From an uncultured cyanobacterium (GTDB lineage Bacteria > Cyanobacteriota > Cyanobacteriia > Cyanobacteriales > Nostocaceae), in NCBI GenBank assembly GCA_963706595.1, contig OY970166.1, forward strand, positions 1,536,001-1,600,000: a stretch of 64,000 bases of DNA, in the 5' to 3' direction. Made by a program: the position numbers and the translations under genes. The notes beneath the pieces are model-generated. The model was not told where the DNA came from. It saw only the letters and a list, made by a program, of their open reading frames with translations, and did not search any database. Numbering within the stretch: position 1 is the stretch's first letter; each line of letters starts with the position of its first letter. This document shows positions 30,815 through 40,967 of this stretch, piece after piece.

Positions 30815-30973
30815 CAGTGCGATCGCCTACGGCGGGGCGTAGCCCATCGCCCTTTGCAGAACTGAGAGCAGAATTTTGAAAATTTGAGAAGATTTTGATA
30901 GTTCAGACCTTTAAGCTTCCCTAATCTGTGATTATAGCCGATTGAATTACAGATTATAACGCTGGAGATTGTC

Positions 30974-32359
30974 TTGAGCATGATCACCCCAAATACTCAT
31001 CAGTTGAACATTCATACAGAACTTAAAGCATTTCTAAAATTGGCAATTCCCTTAGCCAGCGCTCAAGTTGCCCAAATTGCAACGGGATTTGCCGATACCG
31101 TGATGATGGGACATTTGGGACGAGAAACCCTAGCGGCTGGAGCATTAGCCTCGATTACCTTCTTCTCACTCCTGGTGACGGCAAGTGGCGTGGTGATGGG
31201 TGTCAGCCCATTGGTGGCAGAAGCCTATGGAGCAGGTAACAAAACTCGTATTGAACAAGTTACCCAACAAGGGTTGTGGTTATCGTTGCTATTAGCAATT
31301 CCAATCATGATTGCGATCGCTCATCTCGATATGTTAATGAGTCGGCTGGGACAAGCTGCAACCACGGTGGAGTTAGCAACAAGTTATCTTGATATCATGC
31401 TGTGGGGATTGTTTCCTGCTTTGGGCTTCGCCATGTTGCGAGGCGTGGTTTCAGGTTTATGTCAGGCTCGTCCCATTTTGGTGATTGTAATTACAGGAAC
31501 AGGCTTTAATATTTTAGGCAACTATATCCTGGGCTTTGGCAAATTCGGATTGCCCCGATTAGAGTTGGTAGGGCTAGCTTTAGCCAGTGCTTTGACGTGG
31601 TGGGGAATGTTTGGGGTACTGATTCTTTACCTGTTGAGACACAAACAATTTCAAGCTTACCAATTCTTCTGGTGCTTGCCTCAATTCCAGCCTCAGATAC
31701 TTTGGCAATTGCTCAAACTAGGGCTGCCAATTGGGGTATTTTCTGCTCTAGAAATTGGTGTGTACACAGTGATTAGCTACTTGATGGCTACCTGGGGAAC
31801 GGATGCGTTAGCTGCACACCAAATTGTATTTCAAACGATCAATCTGATCTATATGGTGCCATTGGGAATGTCATTTGCGGCAACCGCTCGAATTGGTCAG
31901 TGGCTTGGACAGCAAAATGTGGCAGGAATCCGACAAGCTGGTTTCATTAGTCTTGCTGTTGGAAGTGCATGGACAACCATGATTGTAATCGCACTTTTGC
32001 TATTTCCTCGACAAATTATTGGGCTATATATCGATGTTCTGGCACTAGAGAATAAATCTATCGTAGCCCTTGCTGTTTCCATGATGCGGGTTGGAGCGAT
32101 CGCGCATCTGTTTGATGGAGTACAAAAAATTGCTTATGGTGCGTTGCAAGGTTTACAGGATACTCGTGTGCCGATGCTGCTCAGTTTCCTGTCTTATTGG
32201 TGCATTGGTTTAACCAGTGGTTATTGGTTGGCATTTAAATGGAATTTAGGTGGCGTAGGTCTATGGTTGGGGCAGATGATTGCAGTGGTTATCGCAGCAG
32301 TGGTCTTTATTTGGCGCTTTCAAAGGCTAACTTCAAACCAAACTGGAGCTAAACTGTAA
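30974..32359 (+). CDS. MATE-family efflux transporter (NorM-like)
   Basis: LAIP...DTVMMGHLG, LAAHQI and GALQGLQDT motifs; about 12 TM segments. Confidence 0.95.
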   Translation: MSMITPNTHQLNIHTELKAFLKLAIPLASAQVAQIATGFADTVMMGHLGRETLAAGALASITFFSLLVTASGVVMGVSPLVAEAYGAGNKTRIEQVTQQGLWLSLLLAIPIMIAIAHLDMLMSRLGQAATTVELATSYLDIMLWGLFPALGFAMLRGVVSGLCQARPILVIVITGTGFNILGNYILGFGKFGLPRLELVGLALASALTWWGMFGVLILYLLRHKQFQAYQFFWCLPQFQPQILWQLLKLGLPIGVFSALEIGVYTVISYLMATWGTDALAAHQIVFQTINLIYMVPLGMSFAATARIGQWLGQQNVAGIRQAGFISLAVGSAWTTMIVIALLLFPRQIIGLYIDVLALENKSIVALAVSMMRVGAIAHLFDGVQKIAYGALQGLQDTRVPMLLSFLSYWCIGLTSGYWLAFKWNLGGVGLWLGQMIAVVIAAVVFIWRFQRLTSNQTGAKL

Positions 32360-32385
32360 ACATCAGTTTTATGCCAATATTTAGT

Positions 32386-33450
32386 ATGCAACCTCCTTAT
32401 ACAGCGATTTTAATTATACCAACTGGGGTGGGGGCAGCGATTGGCGGTTATGCTGGTGATGCTTTGCCTGTAGCTAAGGTTATATCACAGGTGTGCGATC
32501 GCCTAATCACTCACCCCAATGTCCTCAATGGCGCAAGTTTGTACTGGAATCTCCCTAACACGCTGTATGTGGAAGGTTACGGGCTTGACAAATTTGCCTC
32601 TGGGTGCTGGGGTTTACGCCCGGTGCGGAATAATAAAATCGGGTTACTTTTAGACCAAGGGATTGAACCGGAATTACAACTGCGACACCTCCAAGCAGCC
32701 GATGCAGCCAGGGCTACCCTTGGTTTAACTCTCACAGATTATGTGGTTACTGACGCACCGCTAAACGTAGAATTACGCACATCAGCATCAGGGGCTAGTT
32801 GGGGAACCATTGGCAATCCTGACAGTTTACTCAGGGCGGCAGAAATATTAATTAACAAAGCCGGGGCGGATGCGATCGCAGTTGTCGCCCGTTTCCCCGA
32901 TGATATAGATGAAGCAGCAGTACAAAATTATCGTCAAGGTCAAGGGGTAGACCCTTTAGCGGGTGCAGAAGCCGTAATTAGCCATTTAATCGTCCGCACC
33001 TTCAAAATTCCCTGCGCCCATTCTCCAGCCTTAGCCAGCACCCCCCCAGAACCGAATTTATCGCCTCGTTCGGCTGCGGAAGAATTAGGTTATACTTTTC
33101 TACCATGTGTCCTTGTGGGCTTGAGTCGCGCCCCACAATTTATTATAAATAAAGAGTCAATGACAGCTTTAGCCGATGATATTTGGGCAGATCAAGTGGA
33201 TGCTGCGATCGCACCTGCAAATGCTTGTGGTAGTAGTGCCTTAATCAGTTTAAACCAAAGACGATGCCAAATTATCACTGTAGCAGAAAATAAAACTCTC
33301 ATCCAAGTTCCCGCCCCAGCTTTAGGAATCACAGCTTTACAAGTAAACTCATATTTAGAAGCCGTAGGAGTATTAGTAGCCCATAAAGCCGGCATAAATC
33401 CCACCTCCCTCAGTCCTAAAATATCCTCCTTAAAGCCAGTTATCATATAG
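32386..33450 (+). CDS. DUF3326 family protein
   Basis: IIPTGVGAAIGGYAGDA, LITHPNVLNGA, GVDPLAGAEAVISH motifs. Confidence 0.9.
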   Translation: MQPPYTAILIIPTGVGAAIGGYAGDALPVAKVISQVCDRLITHPNVLNGASLYWNLPNTLYVEGYGLDKFASGCWGLRPVRNNKIGLLLDQGIEPELQLRHLQAADAARATLGLTLTDYVVTDAPLNVELRTSASGASWGTIGNPDSLLRAAEILINKAGADAIAVVARFPDDIDEAAVQNYRQGQGVDPLAGAEAVISHLIVRTFKIPCAHSPALASTPPEPNLSPRSAAEELGYTFLPCVLVGLSRAPQFIINKESMTALADDIWADQVDAAIAPANACGSSALISLNQRRCQIITVAENKTLIQVPAPALGITALQVNSYLEAVGVLVAHKAGINPTSLSPKISSLKPVII

Positions 33451-33454
33451 TTTT

Positions 33455-33540
33455 CCATTCCCCACTCCCCACTCCCCATTCCCCATTCCCCATTCCCCAT
33501 TCCCCACTCCCCACTCCCCATTCCCCATTCCCTACCCCCA
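33455..33540. repeat. STRR heptamer (CCCCAYT)n
   Basis: About eleven tandem units. Confidence 0.9.
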
Positions 33541-33547
33541 AAAACTC

Positions 33548-34138
33548 GTGGTTGAACAACAAAATCAAGAACCAGAAATTCCCTACTTGACACGTACCCA
33601 AGTATTAGTAGCTATGGGAGTGACTGCAATCCTGTTGTGGATAGTCGCCAAGATATGGTTAACCTATGGCAATTTTTACTTATTAAAATGGTATTGGTCA
33701 TCAACAGATATACTCTTAGGCTTAGGGCTAGGGTTAATTATTACAACCTTAAGTGGTTTAGCTTATCGCTTTTACCCAAACTACCGTCAAAGCGCAGACT
33801 ATTATCTGGATATAGTTATCAAGCCATTAGCTTTACCCGATTTGATTTGGTTGGGCTTACTTCCGGCGTTAAGTGAAGAACTGTTATTTCGGGGTGTGAT
33901 GCTGCCAGCTTTAGGCTTAGATAATGTCGCTGTAATTGTATCTAGTCTCGCTTTTGGAATTTTGCATCTCAGTGGACCCCAACAATGGCCTTATGTAGTC
34001 TGGGCAACTATTATTGGGTTAATGCTAGGGTTTAGTGCCTTGTTAACTGGTAACTTGTTAGTGCCAATTGTCGCCCACATGATTACAAATTGGGTTTCTG
34101 GCTGTTTCTGGAAATTCCGCCAAGTGAAAACAGCTTAA
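33548..34138 (+). CDS. CPBP/Abi family intramembrane protease
   Basis: EELLFRG, FGILH, AHMITN motifs. Confidence 0.92.
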   Translation: MVEQQNQEPEIPYLTRTQVLVAMGVTAILLWIVAKIWLTYGNFYLLKWYWSSTDILLGLGLGLIITTLSGLAYRFYPNYRQSADYYLDIVIKPLALPDLIWLGLLPALSEELLFRGVMLPALGLDNVAVIVSSLAFGILHLSGPQQWPYVVWATIIGLMLGFSALLTGNLLVPIVAHMITNWVSGCFWKFRQVKTA

Positions 34139-34269
34139 ACTTTTGTTTACGGGGATTCAAATCCCCGTTGACCCCACAAAAATCCTGTTCCCTCCTCGCT
34201 TGCACCGGAGGGTTAGAGAGGGGTTCTTTTTAGGCATCTTTATATAAAAAAATTGGTATCACTACTATC

Positions 34270-35172
34270 TTATGACCTTTGTTGCTCTAACCAGTTGATT
34301 AAGTCCTCTAAAGTTTGCAAATCAAAAATTGCATCTGCTAGACTTTCGATTTGTTGTGAAGATAATTCATTAATTCGGCTTTCTATAGCAGGGGTAATAT
34401 CATTAAATCGCCGCTTTAGTTGTCTTTTAACAATTTTTTGTTCTCCTTGTTCAATGCCCTTTTCCATCCAACTAGTCACTATTTCCATGATTCTTTCCTC
34501 TTCAATTAAATTAGCTTGGTGTAGTTCAGCGTTTAATTCTTGCTCTTCAGTTGTGTTTAATCTGAGATAAGTGTCAATAAAACCAGAAATTAATTCTATT
34601 TTAGCAGGGTTTAATTGCAGCGTAACTAACATCCTTAAGCATTCTAGCTTAACTCTAATTCTCTCTTCTGGTTGAAAGTTCATTTTTGCCATTAAGGCGG
34701 CGGCTACGGGATTTGGTTTGTTTAAAAAACTTCGCCAGTTGAGATTATTTAATTGAATGGCAACATAGTTAAATTCTAAAATTTTGCGATGGGGAAAGTT
34801 AACTACATATTGGCTTTTTTCTGGTCTTTTGGGTTCGTCGTATGAAAATATAACTATAGGGAAAATTGGCATTAAAAATTTAGCATCTAAACGGGCGAAG
34901 TAATGAAACATCCGCCGTTCAATTTCTTTTTGATTATATGCTTGGTTTTCTAGGTGAATTAGAAAATAACTGTCTTCTCCTCTCCATTTGACTTGTGCTA
35001 ATAAGTCTACTCTTCTTTTGTCTCCTGTGGTGACATCGGTAAATATTTCTTCTGTTAAAAAAATGAGGCTGTCTTGTGTAACGTACTCTAAAACTTCTGG
35101 TAAAAATAGTTCTATAAATTCCCAAAAGAATGTTTGGATTAGTTCTTTAAATAGTCTATCGTGATCTATCAT
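34270..35172 (-). CDS. Rpn family/DUF4351 PD-(D/E)xK protein
   Basis: DHDRLFKELI...RRVDLLA...IHLENQ; DUF4351-like tail. Confidence 0.9.
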   Translation of the reverse strand: MIDHDRLFKELIQTFFWEFIELFLPEVLEYVTQDSLIFLTEEIFTDVTTGDKRRVDLLAQVKWRGEDSYFLIHLENQAYNQKEIERRMFHYFARLDAKFLMPIFPIVIFSYDEPKRPEKSQYVVNFPHRKILEFNYVAIQLNNLNWRSFLNKPNPVAAALMAKMNFQPEERIRVKLECLRMLVTLQLNPAKIELISGFIDTYLRLNTTEEQELNAELHQANLIEEERIMEIVTSWMEKGIEQGEQKIVKRQLKRRFNDITPAIESRINELSSQQIESLADAIFDLQTLEDLINWLEQQRS

Positions 35173-35244
35173 TTGAGTGATGTTGGTTTCTGATTTTAGG
35201 GTATGTTTGCAAAGTGCTTGGCTGTGATTTTAGTCAGTTCACTG

Positions 35245-35895
35245 TTAACTGATTTCCCGTGCCGCAGCTAGGGCGATCGCCTGTGGTAAAATACGATGTT
35301 CTTGAATTTGAATTCTGGCATGAAGAGTTTCTGCTGTGTCATCTGGTAAAATCGGCACAGCTGCTTGAATTAAGATGGGGCCGCTGTCTACTTCCAAACA
35401 CACTAAATGTACAGTACAGCCAGTAATTTTGACCCCAGATGCTAAAGCTTGTTCTACAGCATTAATACCTTTGAAACTAGGTAACAAACTGGGATGAATG
35501 TTAATGATTTTATCTGGAAAGGCATCAATTAAAACTGGTGTCACTAAACGCATCCAACCAGCCATAATTACCCAATCAACATCATATTTCTGTAAAGTCT
35601 TGACAATTTGACTGTCAAATGCTTCGCGGTTTTTATAGTCGCGGTGATTTAATAATACAGCTTCCACACCGTGATTAGCTGCGCGGATGGGAGCTTTCGC
35701 TGTAGGGTTATTATAAATTAAAACTTGAATTTGAGCATTTAATTGCTCATCTGCGATCGCTTGAGCAACAGCTTCAAAATTACTCCCACTACCAGAAGCC
35801 ATAACCCCCAGTTTTAAAGGAGTGCTTGGAGAAGATGGGCAAATGCTCAGACTGGGAGCAACCAGGCTAACGGTAGAATCAGGGCGGAGAGTCAT
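35245..35895 (-). CDS. purN: Phosphoribosylglycinamide formyltransferase
   Basis: ASGSGSN, AGWMR, NIHPSLLP, GCTVH and VDSGPI motifs. Confidence 0.97.
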   Translation of the reverse strand: MTLRPDSTVSLVAPSLSICPSSPSTPLKLGVMASGSGSNFEAVAQAIADEQLNAQIQVLIYNNPTAKAPIRAANHGVEAVLLNHRDYKNREAFDSQIVKTLQKYDVDWVIMAGWMRLVTPVLIDAFPDKIINIHPSLLPSFKGINAVEQALASGVKITGCTVHLVCLEVDSGPILIQAAVPILPDDTAETLHARIQIQEHRILPQAIALAAAREIS

Positions 35896-35919
35896 AACAG
35901 CAAAGAGGAAAAATGATAA

Positions 35920-36801
35920 ATGCCAAAAACAGATACTAAGTCTTGGTTAGATAATGATACATTTGCGGCTTGGACTTTTCTTTCCCCAGCACTGATTTTA
36001 CTCAGCATCTTCATCATTTGGCCAATCGCTTATTTGTTCTACCTCAGTTTTACGACTGGAAGTTTCACCTCAACAGGTACAACTTGGGTAGGTTTGAGAA
36101 ATTATTGGCGCTTGCTACAGACCCCAGATTTTTGGCAAGTCTTGGGTAACACAATTTATTTTACCGTCGCCACAGTTATTCCCAGCTTAATCATCCCCTT
36201 GGGGTTAGCAGTATTATTAGACAAATCTCTCGCCTTGCGGGGACTGCTGCGGAGTGCCTATTTTCTACCTTCAATTATCTCCCTGGTAGCTGCTGGTTTA
36301 GGCTTTCGCTGGCTATTTCAAAGTGATGGACCCGCCAACGCATTTTTAGATTTATTTGGCATTGCACCCATTCCTTGGTTAGGAAGTACAACTTGGGCAA
36401 TGCCGGTACTAATTGTCTTGAGTATTTGGAAGCAATTGGGCTTTAATATGGTGGTATTTTTAGCAGGATTGCAAGCTGTTCCTCCCAGTCGCTATGAAGC
36501 CGCCGAATTGGATGGGGCAAATGCTTGGCAGCAATTTTGGCACGTTACCCTACCGGGATTGCAACCGACAATGATATTTGCTACCGTCACCACAGCAATT
36601 TTTACATTACGCAGTTTTGAACAGGTTTATGTAATTACAGGTGGTGGTCCCCTCAATTCTACTAACTTACTGGTTTATTACATTTACCAAGAAGCTTTCG
36701 CTCAATTTGATTTTGGTTACGCCGCAGCCGCAGCCACAGTATTGTTAACCTTTACCTTAGTGTTTGTGTATTTGCAGTTACAAACCTGGGGAGAGGAATA
36801 A
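35920..36801 (+). CDS. Carbohydrate ABC transporter permease
   Basis: EAA motif YEAAELDGANAWQQFWHVTLP. Confidence 0.93.
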   Translation: MPKTDTKSWLDNDTFAAWTFLSPALILLSIFIIWPIAYLFYLSFTTGSFTSTGTTWVGLRNYWRLLQTPDFWQVLGNTIYFTVATVIPSLIIPLGLAVLLDKSLALRGLLRSAYFLPSIISLVAAGLGFRWLFQSDGPANAFLDLFGIAPIPWLGSTTWAMPVLIVLSIWKQLGFNMVVFLAGLQAVPPSRYEAAELDGANAWQQFWHVTLPGLQPTMIFATVTTAIFTLRSFEQVYVITGGGPLNSTNLLVYYIYQEAFAQFDFGYAAAAATVLLTFTLVFVYLQLQTWGEE

Positions 36802-36980
36802 GAGGCAGGGGGGAGAATAAGAGGCAGGGGGGCAGGGGGCAGGGTGCAGGGGGGAGAATAAGAGGCAGGGGGGCAGGGGGCAGGGTGCAGGGGGGAGAAG
36901 AAGAGGCAGGGGGCAGGGGGCAGGGTGCAGGGGGGAGGAGAAGAGGCAGGGGGGCAGGGGGCAGGGTGCAGGGGGGAGAA
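36801..36980. repeat. G-rich tandem repeat, about 41-bp unit x4 plus a partial unit
   Basis: Units start at 36820, 36861, 36902 and 36942. Confidence 0.9.
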
Positions 36981-36992
36981 GACGGTAACTTC

Positions 36993-37030
36993 CTAATGAC
37001 CAATGACTAATGACCAATGACTAATGACCA
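36993..37030. repeat. STRR heptamer (CYAATGA)n
   Basis: Tandem units overlapping the kinase stop codon. Confidence 0.85.
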
Positions 37031-40000
37031 AGGACTGTTTTCCCAGCTAGTCTAGCCACGGCTGCAACTAATTGAGTCGGTTCGGTGGGCTTAGTGACGT
37101 GCATCTGAAAGCCTGCGGATATTGCTTGTTGCTGATTATATTCTCCCGCATAGGCGGTAAGCGCGATCGCAGGTGTCTTTCCCCCTTGTTCGGAAGTCCA
37201 GGTTCTGACTTGGCGAATTAACATATAACCATCCATTTCCGGCATACCAATATCGCTTAATAGGACATCTGCCTTTGATTCTGGCAGGCTTTGCAGTGCT
37301 TCCATCGCCGATGACACTGATATCACTTCTGCCCCTTCTTCTTCGAGGACAAAGCAAATAAAGTCTCGTGAATCCAGGTCGTCATCTACAACTAAAATTT
37401 TAATGCCCTGAAGATTGCCCAAGTTAGAGTCCATTTCTCCCTCACTGTGGCTGTCTGATGTGATTAATTCTGTTTGCAAAGCGGGTAATTGCACTGTAAA
37501 TGTCGCCCCTTCTCCTTCTCCGGCACTGTCTGCAAAAACTCTCCCGCCGTGGAGTTCTACTAATTGTCGCACAATTGCTAACCCCAGCCCCAACCCGCCA
37601 AATTTTCTGGTGGTAGCACTGTCTGCTTGCCGGAAATAATCAAATACATGAGCTAAAAAGTTCGGGTCAATGCCTTTACCTGTATCCATGACTTGAATCT
37701 GAATATGAGCATCAATACTTTCTAGGCAAATTTGGACTCGCCCACCAGGGGGAGTGAATTTTACAGCATTGGAAAGCAGATTCCAGAAAACTTGCTGTAA
37801 GCGGTTGGGGTCGCCCATTACCAAAGCTGTAGAATCAGCATCTGACACGAATTTCAAATTGATGGATTTAGCTTCTGCGGCTAAACGTACTGTTTCCATG
37901 GCCGCAGCAATTGTCAATCCCAGATTGACTTGAGCCACATTTAATGTGAGTTTACCCTGAAGAATCCGTGAGACATCGAGTAAGTCTTCAATTAGTTGGG
38001 CTTGTAATTTGGCGTTGCGTTCAATAGTGGCTAGGGCTGATGCTGTTTTCGAGTCATCAAATTTGCGACTTTGGAGAAGTTTAGACCAACCCAAAATCGG
38101 ATTTAGGGGGGAGCGTAATTCGTGGGAAAGCACAGCCAAAAACTCATCTTTGATACAGTTGGCTTCTTCGGCTTGGGCGCGGGCTTGCTGTTCGGCTTCA
38201 TACAATCTCGTGTTTTCAATGGCTACTGATGCCATTTGGGCTAACTGCACAATAATGGCTTCGTCTTCTTTGGTAAATTCATCTTCATATTTATCAGATA
38301 GTTGAATTAGCCCCATATTGTTACCATCTCGCCCAATTAAAGGCGCAGCCAAGCACCCGCGCATGGGTGGATGTTTGTCTATTTGCTGAGTAAATTCCTG
38401 CCATTGGGGATGGGCTGCGAGTTCAGTTTGAGTCATCCGCAGAGAACGATTGAGTAGGTGCAGATTGGTATTAATGCCTAAGCCTTTCGACTGTTGATTT
38501 TGCGATCGCCATGCCGCATACTTATCTGAAAGTGAAGCTGAACTAATCCAGTTGCCACAGTCTTGATCAATGGTAATGCTGGTGACAGCTTGGTGTGCGC
38601 CAATAATTTCACGGGCTTGTTCAGTAATTATGCGGATGACTTCTTCAATGGAAAGTGCTGAATTGATTGCCAATGCAGCCTCCATTAAACCGTTTAGTTG
38701 TCTGGTATATTCCTGCGATCGCGCTAGCATTCTCTCTCGTTCTACTTCTGCTTGTTTGCGATCGCTAATGTCAATACAGGAACCAATATAACCCAGAAAG
38801 CTCCCGGATGAAGTAAAGCGCGGCACGCCCATATCCAAAACCCAACGATACTCGCCATCAGCACGTTTAAGCCGATATTCCATTTTGAACTCTTCACGGG
38901 CATTAAACGCATTGATATAAGTTTCAAAACAGCGCTGTGAATCTTCTGGATGTACTCCTTGCGCCCAACCGTATCCCATTTCTTGCTCCATTGTTCGTCC
39001 TGTAAACTCCAGCCAAGGCTTATTAAAGTAGCAACACAAATTACTCGTGTCCGACATCCAAATCAGAGTCGGAGAGGTATTTGCCATCTGACGAAATCGG
39101 GCTTCGCTTTCCCTTAAGGCCGCTTCCATCTCTTGGCGTTCAGTCACATCTAGCACCTGAGATAGCACAGAAATCAACTTGCCCGATTGATCACATAGCA
39201 CTGAGTTGTACCATTCACAATAAACCACTGAACCTTTTTTGGTATAATTGCGGTTACAAACAACCACCTGAGTTTCGCGATTAGATAAGCTCAGAACTGC
39301 GTCCTGGACTATTTCTATATCTTCCTCAAACACAAACTGCCAATCGTCAATTTTTTTACCAATCACCTCCTTAGCTGCCCAACCAAAAATTTTTTCGGCG
39401 GCTGGAGACCAGCGAGATATGCGAAATTCATTATCCCATTCAATTACTCCCAGTGGGGAATTTTCCTCGTGGAAAGTCAGCCTTTGCATCACATCCATCA
39501 GCGCCTTTTCTGCGTTTTGGCGATCGCTTAAATCCATCACAAAACAGACACAATTCGGCGGTGACTGCTGCAAAATCGCCCCACAAATCAGAATTGGGAT
39601 CAGAACCCCATCTTTACGGATATATTGCTTTTCAAAAGGCGTGAAGCTGCCAAATTTTAGCAATTCTTGTAATGCTTTTTCATCCAAATCATGATACTCC
39701 AGAGGCGTTATTTGCCGCCAACTGATTCCTGCTGTCAGTAAATCCTCACGGGTATAACCCACCATTTGCAGAAAAATATCATTAGCTTCTATAATTTTTT
39801 CAAAATCTGCCAAAACAATCCCAATAATTTTAGAGTCAAACAATTTTTTAAACTTAGTTTCATTTTCTGCCAATTGCCTGACCATCTCAGCATCAGCAGT
39901 TTTTTGAATGATCTTTAATGGTGGTTTCTGGCTAATATCTGGGGTAATTAGATATCTGTCCCCATAATTGTCCTCAATTGGCTTTGTTTGTAGCTGCGTA

Positions 40001-40416
40001 ATATCAGAAAAAGTAGATACAACTGCATAGGGAGAAGTATCTTGAGGGAGAAATAAAGGCTGAGAACTCATCAACAACCACTTTAAATCTGTATTGGATT
40101 GAGATAAACCCACCACAACATTCAAGCAGGGCTGACCTGTACGCAGTGTCACCATTGCTGGATGAGTTAGCTCAGTCAAGGGCGTTCCGTTTTTGTGAAC
40201 AAATCGCCAAGAGGACTCCGGGGAATTCCATCCATGTATTTGCTCGGCTGTGAGTCCCAGAATCATTTCAGCCATATTATTACAAGCTGGTACACTGCCA
40301 TCAGCCAACTGAAGTATCATCCCTGCTTCCACAGTAGCTATTTTTGTAGTGCTATGTGGCGCATCATCTAACTGTTGGTCAGCCAAGTGATAATCAAATT
40401 TTTGTTGATGTTGCAT
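37021..40416 (-). CDS. Cytoplasmic hybrid histidine kinase (multiple PAS, GAF, HisKA, HATPase, receiver)
   Basis: PAS/PAC repeats, GAF APLIGRDG, SHELRSPL, NLLSNAVKFT, receiver VDDD..DIGMP. Confidence 0.96.
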   Translation of the reverse strand: MQHQQKFDYHLADQQLDDAPHSTTKIATVEAGMILQLADGSVPACNNMAEMILGLTAEQIHGWNSPESSWRFVHKNGTPLTELTHPAMVTLRTGQPCLNVVVGLSQSNTDLKWLLMSSQPLFLPQDTSPYAVVSTFSDITQLQTKPIEDNYGDRYLITPDISQKPPLKIIQKTADAEMVRQLAENETKFKKLFDSKIIGIVLADFEKIIEANDIFLQMVGYTREDLLTAGISWRQITPLEYHDLDEKALQELLKFGSFTPFEKQYIRKDGVLIPILICGAILQQSPPNCVCFVMDLSDRQNAEKALMDVMQRLTFHEENSPLGVIEWDNEFRISRWSPAAEKIFGWAAKEVIGKKIDDWQFVFEEDIEIVQDAVLSLSNRETQVVVCNRNYTKKGSVVYCEWYNSVLCDQSGKLISVLSQVLDVTERQEMEAALRESEARFRQMANTSPTLIWMSDTSNLCCYFNKPWLEFTGRTMEQEMGYGWAQGVHPEDSQRCFETYINAFNAREEFKMEYRLKRADGEYRWVLDMGVPRFTSSGSFLGYIGSCIDISDRKQAEVERERMLARSQEYTRQLNGLMEAALAINSALSIEEVIRIITEQAREIIGAHQAVTSITIDQDCGNWISSASLSDKYAAWRSQNQQSKGLGINTNLHLLNRSLRMTQTELAAHPQWQEFTQQIDKHPPMRGCLAAPLIGRDGNNMGLIQLSDKYEDEFTKEDEAIIVQLAQMASVAIENTRLYEAEQQARAQAEEANCIKDEFLAVLSHELRSPLNPILGWSKLLQSRKFDDSKTASALATIERNAKLQAQLIEDLLDVSRILQGKLTLNVAQVNLGLTIAAAMETVRLAAEAKSINLKFVSDADSTALVMGDPNRLQQVFWNLLSNAVKFTPPGGRVQICLESIDAHIQIQVMDTGKGIDPNFLAHVFDYFRQADSATTRKFGGLGLGLAIVRQLVELHGGRVFADSAGEGEGATFTVQLPALQTELITSDSHSEGEMDSNLGNLQGIKILVVDDDLDSRDFICFVLEEEGAEVISVSSAMEALQSLPESKADVLLSDIGMPEMDGYMLIRQVRTWTSEQGGKTPAIALTAYAGEYNQQQAISAGFQMHVTKPTEPTQLVAAVARLAGKTVLGH

Positions 40417-40967
40417 CTTGTTTGCTATGGATGAATTCAGAGGGAGTATTTTGCCAATAAATAGGTTTTAATTCCTGGCTAAAATCTTAATTAGCGGCTT
40501 TTTAGCCCGATTTGACAAAATCTACAGATAGAAAGATTCGTTTTTCTTGTACTCTAACTAGCGAAGTCAATAAATCCTCCCCAGGATAGGTGTTATGCCA
40601 TAATCTTCCTAATTTGAAAATATTAATTAGCCATGATCACTATTGTGTCCGATACTCATTCAGTGTGGGAGCAAATCTGTAGACTAGATGAGCTATTAAC
40701 TTTTAACGCTGACATTTTTTTACATTATCAATTTTTCATGACTTGTGTGATCATGATTTTTTCGGCAAACTAGTTAATGAGCGTGTTTTCAGCCCACGAG
40801 CCATTTTTGGAGAATTTATTACTAGATTTAGATCCAGTTTATTGGTTTTTCCGGTGTACTCTCGATATACAGTAATTATCACCCACAAACTTATGACTCC
40901 TGAATACTTCCTGGCTCAAAGTTCAGAATACTAATCTTTGTGAATATTGACATTTGAGGTGAATAAC

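Noticed and set aside
33192..33593. 133-aa minus-strand ORF with GEWGMG repeats
   Set aside because: It is an STRR translation plus antisense of DUF3326
36801..36980. Possible CRISPR array
   Set aside because: Units are contiguous with no unique spacers, and no cas genes are present
36752..37017. Pro-rich ORFs (83 and 79 aa) on the minus strand
   Set aside because: They are translations of the G-rich tandem repeat and STRR, not credible proteins
40850..40870. NtcA site or DIF1 motif upstream of fraF
   Set aside because: GTA..TAC spacing is 9 rather than 8, and TCCGGT is only a partial match
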